A program made the position numbers and the translations under genes. A DNA stretch of 63,680 nucleotides, the filler included. It is 14 parts of 14 records of this genome, joined end to end, with 100 filler letters (N's around TTAATTAATTAA, not from the genome) between each part and the next. Parts side by side here need not be neighbours in the genome. Positions count along the whole stretch, not along the records: positions 4,899 to 11,381 come from SRR7504441_56881; positions 11,482 to 15,821 come from SRR7504441_56884; positions 15,922 to 19,037 come from SRR7504441_56897; positions 19,138 to 22,891 come from SRR7504441_56914; 10 more parts are not named here. One strand, 5' to 3'. This document shows, one piece after another, positions 8,517-21,401 of the stretch. The notes under the pieces were generated by a model, which was given only the letters and a program-made list of their open reading frames with translations, was not told the origin of the DNA and searched no databases. Position 1 is the first letter of the stretch. Every line of letters begins with the position of its first letter.

Positions 8517-11063
8517 TTAAGCATCGACCCCGGGTTCGTCTTGCGGCTCTACCGGTAGTGAATCGGGCTGGCCACCGGCCGACACGAGCAACGGCGGCTT
8601 GGTTGGGTCGTACCGGTTGGGGAAGCTTCTCTTGGCCAGGCCCTCATATTTCCAGGTCCGTTCGGCCTCTTGTAGCGCCCACTCAAGGTCACGCTTCTCC
8701 GCAGTGCCCTGCCCCCAGGCTCTAGCCGGCACATGCCAGGCACGCACATCATCGGCCTCGTCGAGCCGGTTTGCGAGCTCAACCAGGTGCGGCGGGTCAG
8801 GCCATCCACTCCCTCCTAGTCTCACCATGGCCGTCAGCTCGTCTGGCCTCTCGCTAAAATAGTCCTGGCAGTTCAACTTGAACTGGTCCCGCCCAACTGA
8901 CTCACCGCCCGGCAGTATCCCCGCCTGCCCCTCCCTCATCCGCCACCCAAACGAACTCGCACCGCTTGACCGGCTGGGTCCGGAGCACCCCGCACTGCCA
9001 GGAACTGTTCAAGCTCTTTAGGCTCTATCAGGTCGTCCCCACCAGCCACCGCAGCCACAATCGTATCGACGGCTGACTCCGGCGGCAGCGTGAGAGAGGC
9101 CATCCCGTCATGCAGACATTGCTTTGCCCTGGCCCACTCACCACGCGATATGTACCACTCGCCGTGCGCACGAAGCACTTGAGCTGTCTCAAGCCCATCC
9201 AGTCCGCCTGGTAGACTCTCCGGGTCGCCTTGGTCCGGCTCAGCCCAAGGGTACTCGGTGTAGTTCGGCCCGTACCCACCCTTCCCTCGCCGAATCCCAT
9301 CACGCTCATTCGGTTTGCCCGCCTTGGCCGCAGCTTCCTCCTGGGCCTTGACCCGCACTTTGACCTCGCTGGCCGAGGGCTGGTCCAGCTCCGGTCGGGG
9401 CCTGCCCTCGATACGGTCGTCCCATAGCTTGCTAACTGCCCGCTCATTCTCCATTTTTATCGACACAAACCGGTCGGCTTCCGACTGCCCAAATTCGATC
9501 TCCCCGGACACCTTGGGCTGGTTCCAGTGCAGTCTGCCCTCTTGGCTGCCGCTGCCCACCAGCTTGCCCGCTCTGACCAGCGCGTAGTGCTCGCACAGAG
9601 GCGCCGGCCCGCTCGCCTCTGCGCTCCCTCCTGGAGCTGAGTCGAACCTGCGCTTGGCTTCGTCCGGCTCTAACCTCCACCGACGCGGGGTGGCCCGCTC
9701 CGTGCCGGCCACCTGCGGTCCGCGCCAGGTACCGTTGGCGCCCACCATCTCCGGCTGGTACCCCTCTGGATGCTCGGTCCATCCCCCCCTGGCCAGACCG
9801 CACTTCATCCCTTCGCGCGAGTAAGGCGCAGTCGTGCTCGGGTAGTGCCTCAGCTCAGCCCATACCCCGGCGTCTCGAGCCTTCTCCGGACTGCCCCGCT
9901 CGACCGGCCTGCCTGACCCGATCGAGTCCCCTGGCTGCGGCTTGTGCAGCTGCATCGGGTGCTTGGGCTCAGCCTGCGCCGCCCGCCGCTTGGCTGCGTT
10001 GGGGAAGAGCGCCGGGTCGTTCACTGCGGGGCACATATCTTGGTAGCCTTGGTTCTCATAGTCCGGCCCGCCGGCCCAAATTGGCTTACCAGCCACCCAC
10101 TCCCACGGCGGCTTGTAACTGGCCAGACGCTCCTTGCGTGCCTTGCGCTCTTCGGCCTTCTTCTGCTCCTTTTGCCTGCGCAGCTGCCGCACCGACCGAC
10201 TTTCTGCCCCCGCCACCGCATCAGAGCACACCTAACCCCGCCGGGCACCCAGCTTTTTCAGACCCTCGGCTCTCTTTCGCTCAGCAGTCTTGCCAAACAC
10301 CGATTCCCTCGCCCTGACTGCCAGCCCGTCCACCGGCGCACTCTTGGGCTCCCGCCATGGCTGGAAGAGGCTCGTGAGCGGCTCCTGGCCGGGTCTCAGC
10401 GCCCTCTCCTGTGGCTACCCACCAGCTTGCCAGCGGGGCCTGACTGTTGCGCCGCATCTTGAAGCGACCCGGTGAGTGCCTGTCGCGTGGCCTCGTCCTT
10501 GGCCACGCCCAGTGCATCCAAATCGTCCGTGTTGAGCGGCCCTACTCGCGCGTGGTTCTCCCTGCCGCCCAGTCGTGCTGCCAGCCCAGAAGATTTGACC
10601 TGAGCACCCGGATGGCCGCCAAACTACCCGCCTTGGCCGCAACGTGCCTGCACCCACTGAGCGTGGGGCGGCCGGGAGTGGCTCACAGTGCGGTGTCCCC
10701 CTGCTGGGCGTACTTGCCGCCATAGTGCTGGAGCACTACCCCCCACGAGGCCTCCTCCGGCTCGACCCCTGCCTCGTACTGCCGCGAATCCGAGGCCAGC
10801 CTGAGGAGCTTGGAGGCCTGCCGCCCAGTTCAACCACAGCACAGACCACTGTGCGCCTTTTTGTCAACCGCCACGCACAGCATGCACGCGTCGCGCGCCG
10901 AGGCCGGCTCGTCTATGTCGTACTTGGCACTCCGCTGCTCAGCGTTTACGTCCGCCACTTGCTTCTTGCATTGCTTGTTGATCGCCGACGCCTTGTCCTG
11001 CCCCTGGCTCAAACAGCGCAGCGAACCTCCCACCCGGAGAACAAGCAGCAGGAATTTGGCCAT
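8517..11063 (-). CDS. Large multi-exon hypothetical protein (weak EF-hand-like segment near the C-terminus)
   Basis: Chained ORFs 10830-11063, 8936-10231 and 8517-8939 linked by short GT/GC-AG intron candidates; start codon uncertain. Confidence 0.45.
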
Positions 11064-11877
11064 TGGGCTCAGCTTTGGCGGCTTGGCGCTGTTCCCGGCC
11101 CGGGAGCGCGACCGGGCCAGCGAGACGGCCTCGGCGATCTGGAGCGCCTTTCGCTTCTCGGCCGCGTTGTCTGGAGGGGTCTTCGCCTTCCGGCGGGGGG
11201 CAGTCCCCCGCCGCTTTCCCAGCGCTTGGTCGCGGGGTGCCAGCGTCTTATTAGCCCCGAGCTCCCTTCCGATGCATGTGTTCTATCTTTGGCAATTAAT
11301 CGAGACAGCGCGTTTGACCCAGCGTGAATATTTCCCATAAATGTTCTGGTGAATGTTCCAGTAAATGTCGCTGGGAATGGGNNNNNNNNNNNNNNNNNNN
11401 NNNNNNNNNNNNNNNNNNNNNNNNNTTAATTAATTAANNNNNNNNNNNNNNNNNNNNNNNNNNNNNNNNNNNNNNNNNNNNCTACAGGGCTGGGTGAGTG
11501 GAGACGGGGACTGGGAGCTGGTTTCGTGACTGGGGTTTGTGGCTGGTTGCTGGGCTGATGGATAAATGGTTGAGCTCGTGGGTGGGGTGGTGACTGGGGT
11601 GGTGTGAATGGGAATGGGTCGGCGTCCCCCAGGAGAGCTGCTGCCGGTCCTTGCAGCTGGATCAGCTGGGTAGAGTGTCCGGATTCAGCAGGGCCTGCAG
11701 GGAGCCCGAATCAGAGGTGTGGGTGGAAGGGGGAATCCCACCCGGACCTGCTCACTCTGGTGTTGCCGAGTCTCGGATCCGTCCTCCCCGGGGTGCGCCT
11801 GACTCAGTCAGTGACGGGCTGCTCTCAATAAAAAAACTTCACTCCCTCGACGTGCTGCGCGCGCGATCCCACGGACG

Positions 11878-13763
11878 ATGCCAAAGAAACGTGGTGGCGG
11901 TGGCGGCGGCGGCGACAAGCGCGAGGCGTTCTTCAGCGCAATCCGGACGGAGAAGCTGGACACGATCCGGTATAGCCTGTCGCACGGAGGCATACCGGTG
12001 ACAGCGGAGGACGATGACGGGCACAGGCGCCGGCTGCGGCCGCGGTGTGTCTGACGTGGCGCAGGCCGCTCGAGATTGCAGCCACGTACGGTAAGAGCAA
12101 GTCGCTGGATCAAATGCTTCAGATCCTCGACCGGCAGCGCGTGCTGCGCGACTGCATCGACCTGCCCGACGAGGAGGGCCGGACCCCACTGATGGTGAGC
12201 TGGCGAGCTCCGCCGCCGGCCCAGGCCCGGGACAGATGGCCTGCGCCAAGGGGAATCTGGGCTGTGTCATCTCGCTGTGCAACTACAATGCTAGCATCAC
12301 CCGCAAGTGCGACAAGGGCCTCACTGCGCCCCAGTATGCCGAGAGGGCCGGCAAGCAAGTGCGTGCGCCGGCCGTAGCGCTGGCGGTGACGCGGACCGAC
12401 AGAACGTAATTGACTACTTCGCGCCCGAGAGCGAGAGCGAGGAGGAGGATGCGGCCCCGGGCGAGGGCGAGGACGAGCTCACAGCTGGCGAGAAGCGGAA
12501 GCTAAAAAAACAGCAGGTGCGCGCCGGTGCTGACCCGGCCGAGCCTACTGGCAGTTGGAGGAAAAGGAGTTTGCTGGCGTACTAAAGAAGACGGAGAACG
12601 TGTCGCTGGAGGAGGCGCACGCAGCTAAAATTGGTGCTTTGCGGTCCAATGTGCTGTGCTGACAGACAACTTGCCAGAGGAGGAGGAGAAGGCTCAGGAG
12701 GCGAAAGCGGAGATGCAGGCCGGTGCGGTGTGGCCCGAATTGAAGACGCTGCAGCATGCTGACGAAGGACGTGACGTCAAGGTGGCTGGCAGATTAGCTG
12801 CAGGCTCTAACATGCGCCAGGAACTCACATTGGTGAAGGAGCAGCCATCGGATGCGGTTGGGGGCGCTGAAGGCGGCGTCGATCCGGCGCTCTGGGGCTG
12901 CAGTTTCCTGAACAGGCTCTCGTTAAAGGTGAATCGGCGCTCGGGCCACTGCTGAGAGAGCCTGGGTAGATGCCAGCAGGCATGCTAACCTCGGTCTCAC
13001 CAGCAATAGCTCAGTTGAATGCCCTCGACGTTCTCATCTTGACTGGTCCCAGACCTCAGCCGGCCAGCCGTCCAGCCTGCTACAGGTAACGCTCTCGAGT
13101 CGCTGCCAGAGTCAATCGGCGAGATTTCAACGCTTCGTGTGCTCGAGGTGGACCAGAACGCTTTAGCGAGCGTGCCGGCTTCGATGGGGCAGCTAAGCAA
13201 GCTGGAGGTGCTCGCTGCCGGGGCGAACCGGTCGAGCTTTGGGCTACAGGTGCTAAATTTAGCCCAGAACAACATAACAACACTCGAGCCGCTGATTACA
13301 GGCATCCTGCCGGGGATGGCGGTCAGATGAGAAGGGGCTGGCAGGGAGCTTGCCCAACTTGCTCACGTTGCTGCTCGACAACAACCAAATCGTCGAGCTG
13401 GCTCTGCCATTCGGGACGGTGCCTGCACTGGTCAGCACTACAGGGCTGACTGCTGCGTGTCAGATGGAGCGGGTTCAGACAATTTCTGCTGCAGGCAACA
13501 AGCTGGAGATCATTTCAGAAGAGATGGGCTTGGTTGGTGGCTCTCTGGCCTCGCTTTCATTAGCAAACAACCAACTGACCTCGATTTCTGCCATACGTGA
13601 CCTAAAGGACAAGAAGCTAAAACATTTGAATGTGGAGGACAACCCTATCGCAGATAAGAAGGTGCTCAAGTTGCTCAATGGCTCCCGCCCGGAGGCAATC
13701 ATCAAGGAATTGCTCAAGTATTTACAAAAGGAAGGCGGTGGTGGGAAGAAGAAAAAGAAGTAG
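11878..13763 (+). CDS. Ankyrin-repeat + LRRC47-like leucine-rich-repeat protein, 11 introns
   Basis: Spliced: DDDGHRPLEIAA, EEGRTPLMMACAKGN (ankyrin); WPEL...LRRs...NPIADKKVLKLL...ELLKYL. Introns 12027-12064 (GC), 12195-12235, 12359-12402, 12517-12554, 12634-12665, 12782-12820, 12929-12969, 13046-13085, 13208-13249, 13302-13344 (GC), 13419-13463. Confidence 0.8.
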
Positions 13764-14133
13764 CTTGTAGCCAGCTCGTACGTAGCTCCTACTACGGACC
13801 ACGATTAATTGACGTCGATTCGTGACTTAATTGTTAGTACATGGGCACGCCGCCTGCACGCCGCCGGTGCATTGCGTGCAACGAATATGCATGCAGGATT
13901 ATTAATTTTAAATAATACCAATTCATAGGATACTCTAGACAAATGGGGCTACGAAGTCGGGGGCAGACGGTCAGCGGGGGCACGCCGTACGTACGTTTAC
14001 GAAAGCGCCGCTTGTTAGCCGCCTACGTACTCGTACGCAGTACACGTCTGTTCTTTCGCAGGCCTGAATTACTCGCAAGCAAGTTGGAAGACAATCGCGA
14101 CCCGGTCAACTCCGCTCACGTCGCACCGGCACA

Positions 14134-15321
14134 ATGTCCTCCTCCTTTGCTGCGCTGCTCGTCCTCCCACTGGTAGCCATGGCCGCGCAGGACCTGGACC
14201 TGGTGCTCTACGGCGCCACCGGCTGCGTTGGGCACCTGGCCGCTCGGCACCTCGCAAACCAGACCGGCCTCGCCTGGGCCATCGCCGGGCGCAACCACAC
14301 CGAGCTGCAGGAGCTCGCCGCCGTCCTCGCGTCCGACGGGGGGCCGTCTGCTGACCCGGAGCTCATGACCTTCCCGCTGGACGGATCGGTCGACATCAAG
14401 CCGTTCGTGGCCCGCGCCAAAGTCGTGGCCACCGCCGCCGGGCCGTTCAGTGTGCACGGTGGGGAGACGTTGGTGCAAGCGTGTGCCGAGCTCGGGGTAC
14501 ACTACACGGACACCTCGGACGAGTTCTACTGGCAGCGGTGGATGATCGACCGGCATCACGCGGCGGCCGCACGCTCCGGGGCCAAGATGGTGCTGAGCAG
14601 CGGGTTCTGCGTGCTGGCTGGTGACCTAGGCGCGCAGCTGGCGATCTCAAAGCTGGCAGCCAACGGCCCGGTCAGCCTGGACGCCTGGCTCGAGACGTAC
14701 AACGGCGGAATCTCGAGCGGAGTGATCAACACGGGCAAGGCAATCAAGAACGCCAGCTACCCGAAGGAATGGGACAGCGACCCATATGTTCTGGCCCCGA
14801 ATGCGTCGGCCGGGCTCAAGCCAGACTCGCTGGTGGTCGGGATGAAGTATCCTGGACTGGTCAAGGGGGAGGGGGTGGTGGTCGCCAACCTGTTTGGGCC
14901 CTACGATGCGAGGCTGCTCCGGAGGACGTTTACACACCGGGAGCAGGAAGTACAGCTCCGGGTAGGCTCGCCCCCTGGGCTGTACACCAAGTGGACCGCC
15001 TTCCTGGCCGCGCACCCTAGGTCGTGGGGGTCCTTTACAAAGTGCCCCACGCAGCAGCTGCTGCAGGATGGGAGCTGGCAGTACCGATTTACAGCCCGGA
15101 GTGGTGGCAACTCGAGCACAGTACTGCTCAAAGGACAAGGCGACCCGGGGTACCACTTTACAGCCTGGGGACTGGCGGAGGTGGCACTGTGTCTGGCGGG
15201 AAGCACCGCCGGTTGCGCCGAGCCTGGTGCTCAAGGTGGGGTTCTCACTTCAATGTCAGTGCTCAATCCGATGGCCCTCAAGCAACGGCTTGAGCACATC
15301 GGACTGGTCAAAGCTGAGTGA
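14134..15321 (+). CDS. Saccharopine dehydrogenase-like oxidoreductase (SCCPDH family) with N-terminal signal-like peptide
   Basis: LVLYGATGCVG Rossmann motif, AIAGRN, AGPFS..GE.LV.AC...G.HY.D, GDPGY. Confidence 0.8.
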   Translation: MSSSFAALLVLPLVAMAAQDLDLVLYGATGCVGHLAARHLANQTGLAWAIAGRNHTELQELAAVLASDGGPSADPELMTFPLDGSVDIKPFVARAKVVATAAGPFSVHGGETLVQACAELGVHYTDTSDEFYWQRWMIDRHHAAAARSGAKMVLSSGFCVLAGDLGAQLAISKLAANGPVSLDAWLETYNGGISSGVINTGKAIKNASYPKEWDSDPYVLAPNASAGLKPDSLVVGMKYPGLVKGEGVVVANLFGPYDARLLRRTFTHREQEVQLRVGSPPGLYTKWTAFLAAHPRSWGSFTKCPTQQLLQDGSWQYRFTARSGGNSSTVLLKGQGDPGYHFTAWGLAEVALCLAGSTAGCAEPGAQGGVLTSMSVLNPMALKQRLEHIGLVKAE

Positions 15322-15921
15322 ATCTGGTCGGAGTGACAATACTAGTCTTAGACTCAGACAACATGCTAGTAGTGTAGTTGAGAATAAAAGCATTCTAATA
15401 GTTACGACATCATAATCCAACTGAATTATTACGTACAAATAATTGTCTTTTGTAAGCTTTAATTTGTAATTTGTTACTTGTTATTTGCTTAATTTTTAGC
15501 ACATGCATGCGCTTGCAGAGATGGCCAACTAAGTAGTCAGCTCCTTGCAAATATGCTTTCTTCCGCATTCCTCTAATGGTCCGCGCATTCATCATTAGTC
15601 TTGTTTCCTTGGATAAGCTGGATTATAGGAATAACGACGGTTCTGATTGTTCTCCCAGTATGCCCACCTAGCCCCGCTTCCCCTGCCTTCAGGAATATCG
15701 TGATCTCCATTAAATTCATCGTTCCAGGCCAGGCATTCATTAGTCTCATCGGTTGTCAGTCTGAGCCGATATTTGCCCGCAAAGTTGTAATCGCTGCCGG
15801 AGCCGCTGCCGGAGCCGCTGCNNNNNNNNNNNNNNNNNNNNNNNNNNNNNNNNNNNNNNNNNNNNTTAATTAATTAANNNNNNNNNNNNNNNNNNNNNNN
15901 NNNNNNNNNNNNNNNNNNNNN

Positions 15922-17034
15922 AGCCTCACTCGCCGCCTTCTGTGCTCTCGCTCCATCCAATTTGGCGACGCGCAATGCCGCTAGTTCGAGCACCTGTCAC
16001 CGCCCGTCGCCCGGGCAGCAGGGCTGGATGCCTTCGCGCCAGCAGCATCGAGGCGACCGATGCTCGCAAGAGCACGCAGCTCGCCATCGACAGCGCTGCT
16101 CACAGGCTCCCCGGGCTCGCGGCAGCAGATCCACCTGATCTGTTCGCCCCTCGGCCAGTGCTCCCGCAGCAGCAAGGCCAGCGTCTCCCTCTCCTTACTC
16201 AGCAGCTGTTCGGTGCTGGCTTCTAGCCTGGTCTGCAGCTCGGCCACCGCCTGCCCCAGCTAGACCCGCACCCAGCCAGAACCGTACCGGCGGCCAGCTG
16301 CATGTCCGCTTCTCGGCCAGCCGCTGCAGCTGCTTGGCCCGGCCGGACAGCTTGCAGTGTTCCTCGACACATTGGCGCTCGAGCACTCCTGACTCCCGAC
16401 AATCAACTCAACCGCAGCACACAACAGCCACCTGGGACCATCCGCTCGAAATCTCCGATCGCCTCCGGTAGACTCAATCCCGCCAGCAGCTCACTGCCCC
16501 GGCTGGTCCGCCGTGCGCCAGCGGCGTTCACGCACCTCGCCCGGAGCCTCGCTCCTACCCAGCTGCGCAGGTACAAGGCCACAGCCCTGTCGACAGGCGG
16601 CGTGTCGACAGCTTCGATCAGCTCATCCGCCGCGTCCAGCTGGAGCGATGCCTGCCTACCCATCCCCGCCGGCCACCCTGCGGCCGCACCGCCTGCGGGT
16701 CCACTGGATCGTCCGCCGCCTCGCCAACCACGCCGGCCATCCAGCGGCTCGCCGCGATGTCCCGCACCCCCAGAGGCAGCGATGCGTCCTCCGCCAGCGC
16801 CAGCAGCCCGGGACCCGCTGGCAGCAGCCGGAATCGGCGCTCCATCCCGCCGCGAAGCACCCTGGCTCGCTCTGTGGCCGACAGCATCGCTGGCAGCAGC
16901 CCAGGGGCCGGCCGGCCGGCGCACTGCTGGTCGCATTGTGCGATCGCATTGTCCAGCCGGCGGAGCGTTGCCCGGTCCAGACGAGAGGCCATAGCAGCCT
17001 CGAGCTTGGCCCGAAGCTCAGCCTCGGCAGGCAT
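15922..17034 (-). CDS. Hypothetical coiled-coil protein, multi-exon, 3' end uncertain
   Basis: MPAEAELRAKLEAAM... followed by chained helical ORFs separated by short intron-like segments. Confidence 0.4.
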
Positions 17035-17166
17035 CGTCTCGAAAAGAGCTAACGGCTCTTGCCGAACGGAACGGCGGGGAGACGGGAGAGGAGCACAGTG
17101 CGCCATGCACTATGCGACTATGGAAGTTTCAACTATGCATATTTTTAAAAAGTTTCAATCCGCAGA

Positions 17167-18924
17167 CTAGAAAAAGTCTCGAACAAATCCCAAGTCTCGC
17201 AGGTAGGTCTCATACATCATCGAGCAGACATCATCATCCCCAAAGAAGCTCCCGTGCTCGCCTGGGGAACCAACACTCAAGCACCGGTCAGCGGGCGCCG
17301 GACCGTTCGGTATTCGACACGACAGCTTGAGAGCTAGCTTGTCCAAGCTATTGTTGATCACCTCGGCGTTGCGGGTCATCTCCTTGGCTGTGGCCCGGAG
17401 CAGCGTGCACAGCGCCTCCAGGCTGCCTTCTTGCCCGTCCGCTTGAGCAGTCCCAATCCCAAGGACCACACAGCAGCGGAAGATCTTGTCGCGCGGCCAG
17501 TCTCCACTATCATGCGCTGCCCCGGCCCAGTGAGCCGCTGCGGCCGAGCTGGCGGCACCGGCGTGGACGCATTGCTCTAGCAACGGCTGGTAGTGCCTGC
17601 AGACGGCTCAGTCGGATTGCAGTGGGCCTGTACCTTCTGAACAGCCGCTCTGCGAAGCTCGGCGGCATCATGTGATCGTTCTCGGCCCACATCACGAAGA
17701 AGAAGCCCTGTCGCCCGTGACCGGCCGGCCAGTCCCGGCTGCTACCTGTATCTTGTCCACTTTGGCCAAATTATTGTAAGCGTCGGTGGACACGCCGGGC
17801 AGCCGGACATCTGGCCCGGGCTGAGCTGCCCCGGCCGGCCGGGATCGGACCGGAGAGCTCCTTAGGGAAGCAGGTCTCGACCACCGAATTGATGGCAAAC
17901 TCCGGCACCGAGCTGCTGATCAACGAGGTTGTGGTGGTCGCCACCTGGGTGCAGTTAGCGCGCTCGCTCGTGCGAGCTGACACCTCCTTGGCGTTGACGA
18001 ACGTCTGGTCCACTGTGCAACACACCCCCGGATGTTGCGCGGCCACGCTCACAGCCAGAGCCCCGCCTATAGACAGCCCATGTGCCAGGATCCGGTTCCG
18101 CGGGATCCCTCGATGCAACAGGAAATGCACCTGCGACCAACGTTTGTTCAAGACAACTGCTGTGCACCGCAGCGTCCGCATCAAAGTAGCTCGAGAGCTC
18201 TGTGGTCTCTCCTGCCCCGGGCTGACACCACCAGCCGGCCGGGACTTGCCTTGGCTCCCGGCGTATCCCCCCATTGTGATCATGAGCACAGAGAGTCCAC
18301 GCTGCCGGTACCAAGCCCCCCTACCCCCAGCTGGCCCACTGGCCGACCGACCGCGCACCAGAGCGCCATGTCGATAGCGATGGCGCAATTGGCGTGGAAC
18401 AGGCAAACAGCCGCGTTGGTAGAGGCGGGCGGGGTCTCCAGCCTGTCCATCAGCATCAGCCGGCTCGGCCGGGCCGTTGGACCAGAGCCCATCCAGCCTA
18501 CGGCCATCCCGGGTGTTGACGTTGACTGGTTCGGCCCCGAGCCAGTCGATAATCACGCTGCCCGAGCTCGCTGGCCGCCCCCGGGCCGGCGCACTGTTTC
18601 CAGTCGTCCACGTCCACGAAGTACTCGTGCATGTGCTTGAACTCGAACAAGTCCTGGAAAGACATGCCCTGCCCGCCCAGATCGCCCCCCACCCGTGCTG
18701 CCGCCCGCCTTGGCCACGAAGAAGGTCTTGCTCCGGATCGCCCGGACTAGGACGCCATCGTCCTTCCCGTCCGCCGGCCCCAGCGGCCTGTAACCGCTCA
18801 CACGAGGCCCTGCCCGGGCGCACTTCTCCACCGCGGCCGGCACTAACTCGCGGAGCGCCTTGTCCGGCCCGGGCGAGACGCTGATGCACCCCGCCCCCTC
18901 CGACGAACTGGCACAACCTCCCAT
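17167..18924 (-). CDS. ABHD-family alpha/beta hydrolase, probably N-myristoylated, multi-exon
   Basis: MGGC start; TRDGRRLDGLW, FHAN, GGYAGSQGETTELSSYFDA, ILAHGLSIGG; GC-AG introns 18669-18708 and 18212-18249, plus several GT-AG introns. Confidence 0.75.
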
Positions 18925-19359
18925 GTTCCTGTCTCCGGTAACGCAGCACCTGGCGCCGGTGAACGGTCTTTTTTCCCTGCTGGTTTGGCCCTCTGTCCTG
19001 TTCCCTCGCTTGGAAGATAGCCAATCTTCTGTAGAGGNNNNNNNNNNNNNNNNNNNNNNNNNNNNNNNNNNNNNNNNNNNNTTAATTAATTAANNNNNNN
19101 NNNNNNNNNNNNNNNNNNNNNNNNNNNNNNNNNNNNNGTGCGGAGTCGACCGGACGGTAACTAGTGCCACCGGGCGGGGTGTGTGGGCGCGATGGGCCTC
19201 CTGCGGGGGGGCGGTTTACTAGGCCGCTCTCGTGTAGGTAATTGGTTGTTTTCTTTTAATAAAGAATAAATCCTAAACTATATATTGGTATACATCCGAA
19301 TTAGTACAATCATGTATCGATAAAGTGAATGAGTGCTCATGGCAAGTGTGAACGATTGT

Positions 19360-21142
19360 TTAAGACTCGCACGTGTACTTGCCATCAAAGAGCGGGAAAG
19401 CAGTATAAGCATAGTCAGAACCTGCACTGCAATCTGGGGCATATGCATTGATCAGCCCGCAACCAAATTGAGCCAGAAAAAAGCTCGAAATGCTGTAGAA
19501 GAGCATGAGCCACGTGTCCCGGCACTGATGGCATTCATTCACGAAGGTACTCACAGTGCTGAGGCTGCCAAACAGGCCCGTGCCCATGTAACCTCCCCAG
19601 TGGTACCCGGGCTCTTTGGGAAGGCCCCAGTAGCTGAAGATGAATGCATCCCCCCATGCTGAGAGCACATTGGGCAGCATCGTAAAAACCTTGACCTGCC
19701 CTAGCGTCTCAAACCAGCTGTCCATCGGTCGCGGCTTACCTGCCCTACTTTGTTGTTGTAGAGCGACAAAACATAGCGCAGCATTGCACCCACAGGTGCA
19801 AATATCATGCAGCGGGCGGTCCCTCGCCACCAGCTGGTTTCGTCGGCGAGGAATGCAATAAGATATACTGCCAGCGTGCACGCCACAAAGCAGCCAGATG
19901 AGACCCAAACATGCATCGTAATGGCGGTGGCGGCCTCATGATTCGCAGACTCGGCCAGTTCGAGGCCCTTCACCATCATGGAAATTTGGGCATCAGCCGC
20001 CTGCTGCTCCTGTAGCAGACTCTCTAGATTGCTCTCTGACACCCACAGTCACTGTCAACAGCGTGCCCCAAGATGCCAGCAGCGCGCTACGCTAGAGAGC
20101 ACCTGGTGTCAGGTCGGCCGCCCATTGGTCGGCGTACTGTGGGGCGAGCACAATCTCAGCTTGGGAGCTCTCAACTCTGGCTAGACCCTCGACCGCTCGC
20201 ACAGCACGGGCTTTCCACCAGCCTTTCCCGCCTACCTTGTCGCGCGCCTTGCTCCAGCTTGATCGGAGGCTCTTGGTCTGCTGTGGTGGCGGCTGTTGCT
20301 CATCCTTCTCTGGATCTGCTGTCTGCTCCGGGGCTTCCTCTGTGGCCTCGTCAGCACCGGTACACGTGGCAATCCCTTGGATGGCCTTGTGCGTCAGAAA
20401 CTGGCCAGCGGTATGGGCAGTGAAAAACAGGTGGAATTGAATCAGCAGTAGTAGGATCATATCTACCCAGCCACCGGCGAGCACACCGTCGTGGTTGCTG
20501 TCCATCGAGAGCTCGGCACTGGCATGGGTGCAGCTTTCCTGTACGGATGATACACCCACTGCCCGTGACAAGTTGAACTGCCAGGTGGCAAATGTGGTAA
20601 AACAGCCGCAGAAGCCCGTTGCGAGTCCGACGTACAAGTATGGGTTGCATTGGGCCACGCGCGGCTGAACCCTGGGCGTTCATGGCTGCCAGGACAGGGG
20701 GCTTCGCACCTGGATCACGGTGAAGCAGCCCATAGTCATACACCCGAGCACGTTTGATAGAAAGAACCCACTGCCGCCATAGTAGCTCGGCCCAAAAAAC
20801 AGCTGGTAGGTGATGTTGGGATGGCGGGCCGAGTAGCTCAGATGCGTCTCCCATCCCGCGTTGCAGAGCTGCACCCCACGAGCTCTGCGGGTGTGGTGTG
20901 GGCGGGCTCACATATTCCATCCCTTTGCGGGCCAGCACCCCGAAGTAGGAGCACAGCGCTACGTAGAGGAGGTTGAACAACAGGTCCCGGTCGAGCCACG
21001 GCCGGCTGGGCTCGGGCTCGGGGGCGGGCTCGACCGTCGGGGCAGGCTTGGGCGGGGGCGAGTCACTGATCACGCCGCTGGGGCCTCGGGGCTTGTGCAG
21101 GGTAAATGTCGGGTTGGCTTCCTCGGTCCAAGCAGACGCCAT
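19360..21142 (-). CDS. FEX1: Fluoride export protein (double CrcB/Fluc domain, FEX type), multi-exon
   Basis: YFGVLAR, NVLGC, GLATGFCGCFTTFATW, APVGAMLRY, GTGLFGSLSTVSTFVNE. Confidence 0.85.
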
Positions 21143-21401
21143 GGTCCGGTCTGGGGGCGGTGCGAACCCTCCAGTCAACGCCGCGGCAAAGAACTAACGG
21201 ACACGTACATGTCGTTTGGTTGCCACACTTGGGGTGAGGAGGGTGCGAGTACCTAGCGTCGGGGACCGAGGTGGGATGGGGCGGTTATTTACTGAGGTTA
21301 CCTTGGTACTGAACTAAATACACAGTGAAACGCTCCCTGGTTACTCCCTTAGACAACCAATGTACATGTACATGTACTCGTACAACGTCTGTAGTAGTAA
21401 T

